A stretch of 64,000 nt of DNA. It comes from an uncultured Candidatus Rokubacteria bacterium (GTDB lineage Bacteria > Methylomirabilota > Methylomirabilia > Rokubacteriales > CSP1-6). The position numbers and the translations under genes were made by a program. The first letter of the stretch is position 1, and the number at the start of each line of letters is the position of its first letter. Below the pieces are notes generated by a model. That model ran no database searches. It worked only from the letters and a program-made list of their open reading frames with translations, and was not told the DNA's origin. Of this stretch, positions 20,567-29,291 are shown piece by piece. The stretch is from positions 736,001-800,000 of the forward strand of contig CAVWFS010000019.1 in the NCBI GenBank assembly GCA_963754315.1, in the 5' to 3' direction.

Positions 20567-21412
20567 ATGGGTGAGATCGTGTTTGCCGGTGCGATGTCGC
20601 ACGTCCTGGACCCGGAGTACTACGAGAATGCGTGTGGCGCTACCGGACGCCGCAAGGTCGAGGCGTGCATGACGGAGATTCGCGCGATGGGTGCCCGCTT
20701 TCTGGGCCGACGGCCGGACGCGCTGATCGTCGTCGCCGACGATCACCTCAATGCCTTCTCCTTCAACGCCGTGCCCGCCATGTGTGTTCGGATTGGCCGC
20801 TCCGTCAACCGGATGATCCAGGAGGAGGCCGAGGCCTTCGACCGAGCGCTGGAGGGGATGCCCGACCAGTACGCGCTGCATGAAGAGCTGGCCAACCGCA
20901 TCCTGGCGGAGGGCATCGAGGCCGGGTTCGACCTTGCCCTCTCATGGGAGGCTGCCATCGATCACGCGTTTCTCAGCCCCGTGATGACCATGCACGGCGC
21001 CTCCCCGGTGACGCCGCTGGTGCCCATCTGGGTGAACTGCTTCGTCGCGCCCCAGCCGATCCCCGCTCGCTGCTTCGCCCTCGGTCAACACCTGGCCCGG
21101 ACGGTGGCCCGGTCACCCTGGAACGTCGGTATCATCGCGACCGGGGGTCTTTCCCACTTCCCCGAGCTGCTGCTGGCTCGCGTGGGTGAGACGGACACCG
21201 TGTTCGACCGCAAGCTTCTGCACTGGATGGAGCGCGGGGAGCACGCACCGCTGGCGGCGCTGACGATGAGCGAGCTGCACAAGACCGGCGGCCACGAGTT
21301 TCTCAACTGGATGGTGTTGCTGGGCGCAGTCACTCCCGCCCGCGCCGACGTGCGCTACTTCGGAGAGCTCCCGCGGATCAACTTGGCTGCTGTCGAGTGG
21401 AGAGTGCCATGA
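20567..21412 (+). CDS. Class III extradiol ring-cleavage dioxygenase, LigB-like catalytic subunit
   Basis: MSH, ADDH, IDHA, TGGLSH and GGHEFLNW motifs. Confidence 0.85.
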   Translation: MGEIVFAGAMSHVLDPEYYENACGATGRRKVEACMTEIRAMGARFLGRRPDALIVVADDHLNAFSFNAVPAMCVRIGRSVNRMIQEEAEAFDRALEGMPDQYALHEELANRILAEGIEAGFDLALSWEAAIDHAFLSPVMTMHGASPVTPLVPIWVNCFVAPQPIPARCFALGQHLARTVARSPWNVGIIATGGLSHFPELLLARVGETDTVFDRKLLHWMERGEHAPLAALTMSELHKTGGHEFLNWMVLLGAVTPARADVRYFGELPRINLAAVEWRVP

Positions 21413-21666
21413 GCCGCTACGCGATCAACAGCCTTCTCTATCGGCTGAAGAAGGATCGGGCATTTCGCGACAGCTTCAATCGGGATCCGAGAGGAACGCT
21501 GGCCGACCTGGACCTGACCGAGGCCGAGCGATCGGCCTTCGTCGCCCGTGATATGTATCGGATCAATCAGCTGGGCGGCTATCTCCACCTCACCATGTCG
21601 ATCCCCGGCATGGCTGCCCACGTGACACACGAGGACATCGAGACACAAGGCGATCGGCCGCAGTAG
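21409..21666 (+). CDS. LigA-like small subunit of the extradiol dioxygenase
   Basis: MSRYAINSLLYRL...F..DP...DLTEAERSAF..RD; ATGA overlap with the ligB-like gene. Confidence 0.75.
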   Translation: MSRYAINSLLYRLKKDRAFRDSFNRDPRGTLADLDLTEAERSAFVARDMYRINQLGGYLHLTMSIPGMAAHVTHEDIETQGDRPQ

Positions 21667-21686
21667 GAAAAGGGGGCTCGCTCCCG

Positions 21687-22574
21687 TCAAGCGCTGGCCA
21701 GAAAGCGAGCGAGCTCGTCGAAGGTCTCCTGGGGTGCCTGCTCTTGCGGGTAGTGCCCGGATGGTACCGCCCGCATCCCGACGATATTGGCGGCGTACTG
21801 CGGCCAGATCTCGCGTGGCTTGAAGTGATGCTCCACGTGACTCTTGTCACCCCAGAGCACCAGCACCGGGCAGGCCACCTTGTTACCGGCGACGTAGTCC
21901 GCGGTGTCCATCTCCAAGTCCAGGGTGGCGGCGGCCCGGTAGTCCTCACACACCGCGTGGATTTGCTCGGGCGTGCAGCACCGGATGTACTCGGCCACCG
22001 CCTCCGGCTCGAGTCCGCCCTGCCCGTGCATGTGCTTCTCCAGCTTCTTCCGCATGTAGTACTCGAGGTTGCCCGAGAGCAAGCGCTCGGGGAAGTCGTA
22101 CGGCTGCGCCATGAACATCCAGTGGTACGAGTGCAAGGCCCAGCCGCGCGGGAAGGCAGTCCACACGTGATGCGTTGGCACGATATCGATCGAAGCGAAC
22201 TTCCGCACACGATCCGGATGATCGAGCGCCATGCGAAAGGCCGTGCGGGCGCCACGATCGTGGCCAACCACGAAGAACTGCCGGTGACCCAGCGCCTCCA
22301 TCACTTCCACCTGATCCTGCCCCATCCGACGAAACGTGTAGTTGCTGTGATCAGGCCGCCCGCGCGGCTTGGAGCTGTCCCCGTAGCCGCGCAGGTCGGC
22401 GGCGACCACCGTGAAGTGCTCCGCGAGCTTCGTGGCGATCTTGTGCCACGTCACGTGGGTGAGCGGATTGCCGTGCAGAAGCAACAGCCCCGGCCCCTGG
22501 CCGCCGTGGCGCACGTTGATCTTCACCTCGGGATCACTGGTCTGAATCTGGGTGAGCGTGAAGCCCTCGAACAT
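21687..22574 (-). CDS. Haloacetate (fluoroacetate) dehalogenase-family alpha/beta hydrolase
   Basis: DLRGYGDS, VGHDRGAR (Asp nucleophile with Arg pair), YHW, CEDYRA and GHY. Confidence 0.85.
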   Translation of the reverse strand: MFEGFTLTQIQTSDPEVKINVRHGGQGPGLLLLHGNPLTHVTWHKIATKLAEHFTVVAADLRGYGDSSKPRGRPDHSNYTFRRMGQDQVEVMEALGHRQFFVVGHDRGARTAFRMALDHPDRVRKFASIDIVPTHHVWTAFPRGWALHSYHWMFMAQPYDFPERLLSGNLEYYMRKKLEKHMHGQGGLEPEAVAEYIRCCTPEQIHAVCEDYRAAATLDLEMDTADYVAGNKVACPVLVLWGDKSHVEHHFKPREIWPQYAANIVGMRAVPSGHYPQEQAPQETFDELARFLASA

Positions 22575-22650
22575 GGCGCAGAGACTAGCACAGCTTCCCC
22601 GATCCGCCCGGGTGACCAGCCGTTCAGTTGCCTGGCCACCCGGCCCGTGC

Positions 22651-23004
22651 TCAGCCGATGCGCTGGTACAGCACGTGCCGACGGTTCTTGGTGAACGGCC
22701 GCACCTGCCCGGGCCAGCGTCCGGCGTCGACGGCCTTCGCCCACGGCTCGCTCGTCAGGACCTCGGGACTCTCCAGCTCGTAGAGCGCGTTGTAGGTGGG
22801 CTCACCTTCGATCACGATGGTCTTGCGCTCACCGCCGATGATCATGGTCAGCTCTCGCTTCTTGAACCGCGCGGCACTGATGACCCCAGGCACCTTGAGG
22901 ATGAGCGGGATGTGTTCCTGCTCGTAGACCTCGTGGAAGAGGGCATCCTGGGCAGGCTCGACGTCCATGGCGGCCGAGAACAGGTAGCGGCTCTGAATGG
23001 GCAT
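22651..23004 (-). CDS. Hypothetical protein (EthD-like dimeric alpha/beta barrel)
   Basis: F...Y..EHIP...VPG...ARF...YEL pattern; AGGAG RBS. Confidence 0.6.
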   Translation of the reverse strand: MPIQSRYLFSAAMDVEPAQDALFHEVYEQEHIPLILKVPGVISAARFKKRELTMIIGGERKTIVIEGEPTYNALYELESPEVLTSEPWAKAVDAGRWPGQVRPFTKNRRHVLYQRIG

Positions 23005-23090
23005 GGCACAATTGCTCCTCGTCGTGGATTGCGCTACACGGCTGACACTATAATCCGGACGGCACCCAAAGGGCTTCCCGGAGGTACCGC

Positions 23091-23843
23091 ATGCGGTTTC
23101 GTGATCAGGTGGTGGTCGTGACTGGAGCGGCGGTCGGCATCGGGGCGACCATGGCCGGCCTGTTCGCGCGCGAAGGGGCGCGGGTGGCCGTCCTCGACAT
23201 CGACGTCGCGCGGCTGGACGAGGTCGTGCGTGGCATCGCGGCCGGCGGCGCCGAGGTGGTGGCCCAGCGCTGCGACGTGACGTCGCCGGCTGACGTCGGG
23301 CGCGCCGTCGACACCGTGGTGGGGCGTTGGGGCCGGATCGACGTTCTCGTGAACAATGCCGGAGGATTCTACAAGATCGCCTCCATCGAGGAAATCGACC
23401 ACGACGAGTGGGAAACCATCCTGCGCCTCAACCTCACCAGCGTTTTCATCTGTACGAAAGCGGTCGTGCCCATCATGAAGCGCCAGGGCCATGGGCGGAT
23501 CGTCAACATGGCGTCGATTGCCGGCCGCACCGGCAACATCCCCACCGCCGCCCACTACGCGGCGGCCAAGGCTGGCATCATCGGTTTCACGCGTCAGTTG
23601 GCGCGGGAGGTGGCCTCCCACGGTGTCCTCGTCAACGCGGTGGCGCCGGGCACTACGGCCACCCCACGTGTTCTCGCCGCGCGGTCACCGGAGGCTACGC
23701 GCGCGCTCGCCGCCGCCATGCCCATCGGTCGTCTGGGCGAGCCGGCCGACATCGCCGAGGCGGTGCTCTTCCTGGCCTCGGACGCGGCACGCTTTGTGAC
23801 AGGCGCCACCCTCGACGTCAACGGGGGCCAGGCGATGCTGTAA
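23091..23843 (+). CDS. Short-chain dehydrogenase/reductase
   Basis: TGAAVGIG, NNAG, YAAAK and VNGG. Confidence 0.93.
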   Translation: MRFRDQVVVVTGAAVGIGATMAGLFAREGARVAVLDIDVARLDEVVRGIAAGGAEVVAQRCDVTSPADVGRAVDTVVGRWGRIDVLVNNAGGFYKIASIEEIDHDEWETILRLNLTSVFICTKAVVPIMKRQGHGRIVNMASIAGRTGNIPTAAHYAAAKAGIIGFTRQLAREVASHGVLVNAVAPGTTATPRVLAARSPEATRALAAAMPIGRLGEPADIAEAVLFLASDAARFVTGATLDVNGGQAML

Positions 23844-23849
23844 TGCAGC

Positions 23850-24356
23850 GTGGACCGCACATCGCGGAAAGTCGCACCTAGGGTGACTGAGCTGCGTCGC
23901 GTCATCGAGCTGGCGGCCGCACCCGCCGTGGTGTGGGCGCGCCTCTGGGACATCTCCGCCCTCGCGAGCTGCATCCCTGGGTGTGACGGCGTGGAGCCTG
24001 TCGAGGAACGCAAACGATATCGCGCGACCATTCGCGATCGAGTGGGCCCCTTCCGGATCGCTATCCCCCTCGACGTCACGGTCGAGGCGCACGACGCCGA
24101 ATCATCTCTCCGTCATCGCCACCGGACGCGATGCCACGCTCGGGAGTCCCGTCAAGGTCGGACTCACGGTCACCCTGGAACCGCGGCCGGACGGGGGCAG
24201 CTGTCTCCGCGTGAACGGGCAAGCGGACATTGGGGGCAAGCTCGCCGCCCTCGGGCAGGGTGTCATCCAGCGAAAGACCAGGGATGTGCTCGACCAGTTC
24301 GCCACCAACCTCGAGGCGCTGTTCCTCGGCGGACGCTGGGCCTGGCCCCAGCATGA
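23850..24356 (+). CDS. CoxG/SRPBCC-family protein; frameshift near 24090, 3' end uncertain
   Basis: AVVWARLWDISALASCIPGC in the first frame; ADIGGKLAALGQGVIQRKT..VLDQFATNL in the second. Confidence 0.7.
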   Translation: MDRTSRKVAPRVTELRRVIELAAAPAVVWARLWDISALASCIPGCDGVEPVEERKRYRATIRDRVGPFRIAIPLDVTVEAHDAESSLRHRHRTRCHARESRQGRTHGHPGTAAGRGQLSPRERASGHWGQARRPRAGCHPAKDQGCARPVRHQPRGAVPRRTLGLAPA

Positions 24357-24738
24357 CGTGCCAACGCTCAACCGAGACGAGGCCCAGTCACCCTCGGGCT
24401 CGGCTCTCCCCACTGTCGCTCGGGCCCGAGCACGCGGCCACGTGTGCGTGGGCAGAAGGTCAAGGAGTATCTACGACACGCCGCTATCCCCTCGCCGCCG
24501 GCGAGATCGTCGTACCGTGGTGGCGCTGGCAAGCACTCGTCCTGGCAACCCACCTTCGGCAACGGCACGGGAACCACGCGCCGGGTCATCACCCGGAAGG
24601 ACGGGACGCCCCTGCGGACCGTGGCCGAGCTGCGACGGTAGCTCGGAGAAGCACGACGTGCCCGTCCCGTTCCGTTTGCTGACGTTCGCGCAAGCAGGGA
24701 GCGGGTAGTCGCGCGCCTCGCGACCGGGGCGCTCTTTT

Positions 24739-25695
24739 CTATTGGCTGCGCAGGGCGGGCCAGACCTCGGCGGTGAAGCGCTCGAACTGGGCGAGCTGAT
24801 CGTCGCCGACGAACCGGATGCAGAGGTCGCTGACGCCGGCCGCGGCATACCGATTGAGCGCGGCGACGACCACGTCGGCGGGACCAAGCCCCATCGTGCC
24901 GCGCGAGTGCACGCCCCCGCCGTAGTAGGTGGCCAGGAATTGCTCGGTGACGCGCTCGGCCGTTCGGGGATCGTCCTCCAGGCGGACCGTGGTGTACACG
25001 CAGAGCGCGAAGTCGGTACCGGCGCGTCCGTGACGCGCCAGCGCCTCCTCGGCGCGCTCGCGCACCAGCCGGCACTCCTCGGCATGCACATAGGTGGTGA
25101 TGATGCCGTCGCCGAGCCGGCCGAAGCGGTCGAACTGGGCGGCCAGCATCTCGCCGCGGTTGGCGGCGGTGATGAGCACGGGGGGCCCGGCCGCGTTCCA
25201 CGGCAGCGGTCCGATGGTGTGATCGGTCAGTTCCACGTCGCCGTCGCGATGAGTCACCGGCTCCCCGCGCCAGAGCATCCGCCAGAGCGCGACATGCTCC
25301 TCGAGGCGCCGCACGCGACGCTTGTGATCGGCGCCGCACGCCGCCCATTCACGCTCGGCCGAGGGTAAGCTCCACCCCACCCCGAGTCCGAGCACCACCC
25401 GTCCGCCTGAGATCTGGTCGACGTTGGCGATCTGATGAGCCAGCACGACCGGGTGGCGCAGGGCTGGCAGCAGGACCGCTGTCCCCAGCCGTACCTGCGT
25501 CGTGATCCCGGCCAGATAGGCGAGGGTCGTCAGCGGCTCCAGTCGCGGCTTGGCCACGATGCTGTCGCCGACCCAAACGGCGTCGTAGCCAGCCCGGTCG
25601 GCGAGCCGCGCCATCGTCCAGCATTCGTCGACGGGCGGCCGGCGCGCCGACTGCATGACCACGCCGCGGGTGGGAACGAGCACGCCGAGTCGCAT
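24739..25695 (-). CDS. LLM-class (F420/FMN-type) oxidoreductase
   Basis: GYDAVWVGD, RLGTAVLLPALRHPVVLAHQIANVDQISGGRVVLGLGVGW. Confidence 0.9.
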   Translation of the reverse strand: MRLGVLVPTRGVVMQSARRPPVDECWTMARLADRAGYDAVWVGDSIVAKPRLEPLTTLAYLAGITTQVRLGTAVLLPALRHPVVLAHQIANVDQISGGRVVLGLGVGWSLPSAEREWAACGADHKRRVRRLEEHVALWRMLWRGEPVTHRDGDVELTDHTIGPLPWNAAGPPVLITAANRGEMLAAQFDRFGRLGDGIITTYVHAEECRLVRERAEEALARHGRAGTDFALCVYTTVRLEDDPRTAERVTEQFLATYYGGGVHSRGTMGLGPADVVVAALNRYAAAGVSDLCIRFVGDDQLAQFERFTAEVWPALRSQ

Positions 25696-25739
25696 GAGGC
25701 CGCTAGTGTAACCGCCGCCGCAACCCCGAGTCTCCTAGG

Positions 25740-27262
25740 TCACGAGGCCGTGGTGGGCAGCGAGGCACCTGCCGCCCGTTGCCGGCGGAGGAGCCGTACC
25801 AGTGGGGGCGCAACGAGGACCACGGCCCCGAGTACGAGAAGGGCGGCCGTTAGTGGGCGTCCGGCCAGGGCCAGGACGTTGCCGCGCTCCAGGAAAAGGG
25901 CCTGGCGGAGGGTCTTCTCCATCATCGGCCCGAGAACGAGGGCCACGACCAGCGGCGACGGATCGATGGCGAGCTTGCGCAGCCCGTAGCCGAAGATGCC
26001 GAAGCCGACGAGGATCCACAGATCGAGCTGGCTATTGTTCAAGCTATAGGCGCCCACCAGGCAGAGCAACAGCACCAAGGTCGCCAGCACGTGTTGGGGA
26101 AGGCGTAGCACGCTCACGAACAGCCCGACCAGCGGGAGGTTGAGGATCAGCAGGATGAAGTTGCCCACGTACATGCTGGCGACGACGCCCCAGAACACCT
26201 CGGGCCGCTGGCTGATGAGCAGCGGTCCCGGCTGGATGCCGGTGATCGTCAGGGCGCCCAGGAGAATCGCGGTGGCCGGCGAGAAGGGAATACCGAGCGA
26301 CAGCAGAGGCACCATGGCGCCGGCGGTGGCGCCGTTGTTGGCGGCCTCCGGCCCGGCCACGCCCTCGATGGCGCCCTGGCCAAATCGCTCGGGCGTCCGG
26401 GAAACCCGACGTTCGATCGTGTAGGAGATGAACGTCGACAGGACCGAGGCCGGGCCGGGAACGAGGCCGGTGATGAATCCCACGACCGAGCCCCGCGCGA
26501 TCGGCATCGCCGACTGCTTCCACTCCGCACGGGTGGGCAGCAGCTCACGTAGCCGAACCGTGGCGATATGCGCCCTCTTGAGGCCGGCTTCGGCGATCAG
26601 CATCACCTCCGCCACGCCGTACAGGCCCATGATCACCGGGACGAGCTCGACACCTTGGGAGAGCTGGGTGGAGCCGAAGGTGAAGCGCCGGACGGCCGAG
26701 ATCGAATCCATGCCCGACCGTGCCCAGGGCGAGGCCAATCGCCACCAGCACGAACGCGTGCATGCACCTTGCCGCCCGACAGGCGCGAGAGCAAGAGGAG
26801 GCCCGTCAGTGCCAGCGCAAAGTACTCGGGCGGCCCAAAACGCAGAGCCTGGTCGGCGAGCCACGAGGCGGCCAGCATGATACCCACGACGCCGAGCGAA
26901 CCGGCAATGAACGACCCGGCGGCCGCCACCGCCAGCGCGGCGCCAGCCCGGCCCTTCCTGGTCATTTGGTAGCCGTCGATGGCGGTCACCACGGACCCCG
27001 CTTCGCCGGGGACGTTCACGAGGATCGACGTCGTCGAGCCGCCGTACATCGCACCGTAGTAGATGCCGGCGAGCATGATGAGCGCGGTCGCCGGCTGCAG
27101 CGCGAAGGTCGAGGGCAGGAGCAGGGCCATCGCGCCCACCGGCCCGATCCCGGGGAGGATGCCAACGATCGTTCCGACCAGCACGCCGATGAAGCAGGCG
27201 AGGAGGTTGGTGGGCAACAGCGCGACGGAGAAGCCGTAGGCAAGCCCTTCGAACGGACCCAA
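25740..27262 (-). CDS. tctA: Tripartite tricarboxylate transporter large permease; two +1 frameshifts near 26764 and 26715
   Basis: GILPGIGP, YYGAMYGGS, NVPGE, GPEAANN and GIQPGP spread over three frames; removing one C and one G restores GGKVMHAFVLVAIGLALGTVGMDSIS. Confidence 0.85.
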
Positions 27263-27276
27263 TGTTCTCTTGCCCC

Positions 27277-27722
27277 TCAGTCGAAGAGGGTGCCCCGCGG
27301 CAGCGGCACGCCGAGCAGCACTCCGAACACGTAGTACGACCCTAGCGCGCTGACAGCAGCGATGGCCGCCGCCGCACTCCATCGCGCACCGAGCCCACGT
27401 AGCAGAAGACCGGTGAAGAGCAGCGCCGCCAGGGAATATCCGATCCAGGGCAGAAGCAGGCAGAAACCGATGAGAAGGCCAGCCGTCACGCTCACTCGCG
27501 CCCGGCCTTGCCTATCCAGCGCCGGAGCCGTCGACCGTGACGGCCCTGCCGAAATGCGCTGACGACCCACACGAGGGCGACGGCGGCCCCGAATACTCCG
27601 ACGGCCATCGGATAGAAGCCCGATCCGGGGCGCGCCGCTGAGCCCGACGGCAGTAGCCACGCGTTCGCCAGGTACACCCCGCTGGCCGCGAGCACCGCGA
27701 GGGCCAGAAGCCGTCCGACCAT
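27277..27722 (-). CDS. tctB: TTT small permease; frameshifted near 27530-27548
   Basis: N-terminal PGSGFYP and C-terminal FGVLLGVPLPRG in different frames; located between tctC and tctA. Confidence 0.8.
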
Positions 27723-27725
27723 CGC

Positions 27726-28685
27726 TTACTTCTTCTTGATCATCCCCAACCGCGTGAGGATCTCGGTGTGGTACTTGTACTCTTTCCAGAGATCGGCGCG
27801 GAGCTGGTCGCCCGCGCGGTAATCGATGTCAATCACGCGCTGCTTGATCGTGTCCACGAACAGCGGTTCTTCCATGGCGGTCTTGACGGCGTCGTGAATG
27901 TACTTCTGCACGGGGGCGGGTGTGCCCTTGGGGACCACGAACGCGAACGTCACGCCGCTGACGGGAGACCAGCCCATGTCGGCGGTGCTCGGAGCATCGG
28001 GGTAGGCCGGATGGCGTTTGGCCTGGAAGACCATGAGCACCCGCATCTTCTTGCCCTCGACGAGCGGCTTCACCTCGCCCGGCTGGGCGATCAGGCCCTC
28101 GATGTGTCCCCCGAGCAGGGCCGGGCTCGATTCACCCCAGCCCGAGAATGGCACATGCGTGAAATTGACATTTCCCTGGCGCTGCAGCTCTTCGAGGCTC
28201 AAGTGGCTGGAGGTACCGATCCCCGGCGTGCCAACACGTAGCTTGCCGGGGCTGGCCTTGCCGGCGGCGATGAAGTCCTGCACGGTTTTCCATGGCGCGT
28301 CGGCTCTCACCGCGAACAGAGAGTAGAACGAGACCACGTTAATGATGGCCTCGTAGTCGTCCGGGGTTTTGTACGGGAGGTCATTGAGCTGCGGGTGGAT
28401 GACGAGCGTCGAGAGCGGCGCCAGGATGATCGTGTAGCCATCGGGCTTGGCCTGGACAAGCTCCGCCACGGCCAGCGAGCCACCGGCCCCCGGCCGAGTC
28501 ACGATGCCGATCCCCTTGGGAAACTTCTTCTTGAGACCCTCGGCGAGCGCACGGGCCACGATGTCGACCATCCCACCGGCCGGGTAGCCGGTCAGAACAG
28601 TGACGGGACGGTCAGGGTACTGGGCGGCGGCTGACCAGGGGGTAGCCGCCACGAGCAGCAGGACGATCGCGATGATCCGCAGCAT
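27726..28685 (-). CDS. tctC: TTT substrate-binding protein (Bug family)
   Basis: AQYPDRPV, PAGGMVD, PGAGG, PDGYTI and HVPFSG; GGAGG RBS. Confidence 0.9.
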   Translation of the reverse strand: MLRIIAIVLLLVAATPWSAAAQYPDRPVTVLTGYPAGGMVDIVARALAEGLKKKFPKGIGIVTRPGAGGSLAVAELVQAKPDGYTIILAPLSTLVIHPQLNDLPYKTPDDYEAIINVVSFYSLFAVRADAPWKTVQDFIAAGKASPGKLRVGTPGIGTSSHLSLEELQRQGNVNFTHVPFSGWGESSPALLGGHIEGLIAQPGEVKPLVEGKKMRVLMVFQAKRHPAYPDAPSTADMGWSPVSGVTFAFVVPKGTPAPVQKYIHDAVKTAMEEPLFVDTIKQRVIDIDYRAGDQLRADLWKEYKYHTEILTRLGMIKKK

Positions 28686-28852
28686 GCAGTCTCCTCCGTG
28701 TCGAGGTGGATCCGGCGACACCAGGGCGAGAATCAAAGGACTCTAGCACAACTCCGGGAGCGAATCCTGGAGCGGCCCGGCGGCGCCACCGGATCGACAC
28801 CGCGAGCATGGTGGTCTACGATCAACTACGCACTCACTGGGAGTACCGGCGC

Positions 28853-29266
28853 ATGCACGTCAAGGATCTCTATACGATCGTGGTGACCGAGAAGCGCGCC
28901 GAGTGTCGCGACTTCTACGTGAGGTGGTTCGGCTTTCAGGTGGTGTTCGAGGCGTCCTGGTTCGTCTATCTCGCTGCCCGCGGGGACCATCCGTTTGGCC
29001 TGGCCTTCATGGCCCCTGATCATCCGTCCCAGCCGCCCGGTCGCGATTCGTTCAACGGCAAAGGCATGCTGCTCACCCTGCAAGTCGAGGATGCCGCCGC
29101 CGAGCTCAGGCGGCTCGAGGGTGGGGGTGTCGCGATCGCATATCCGCTGCACGACGAGCCTTGGGGTCAGCGCCGTTTTGCCGTGCACGATCCAGCCGGG
29201 ACGTGGGTCGATGTCATTCAGCAGATCGATCCGGCGCCGGGGTTCTGGGACAAGTACCTGCCCTGA
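28853..29266 (+). CDS. VOC/glyoxalase-family protein
   Basis: DFYVRWFGF and DEPWGQRRFAVHDPAG. Confidence 0.88.
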   Translation: MHVKDLYTIVVTEKRAECRDFYVRWFGFQVVFEASWFVYLAARGDHPFGLAFMAPDHPSQPPGRDSFNGKGMLLTLQVEDAAAELRRLEGGGVAIAYPLHDEPWGQRRFAVHDPAGTWVDVIQQIDPAPGFWDKYLP

Positions 29267-29291
29267 ACGACGGGCCGGGTTCTCTTCTCCT

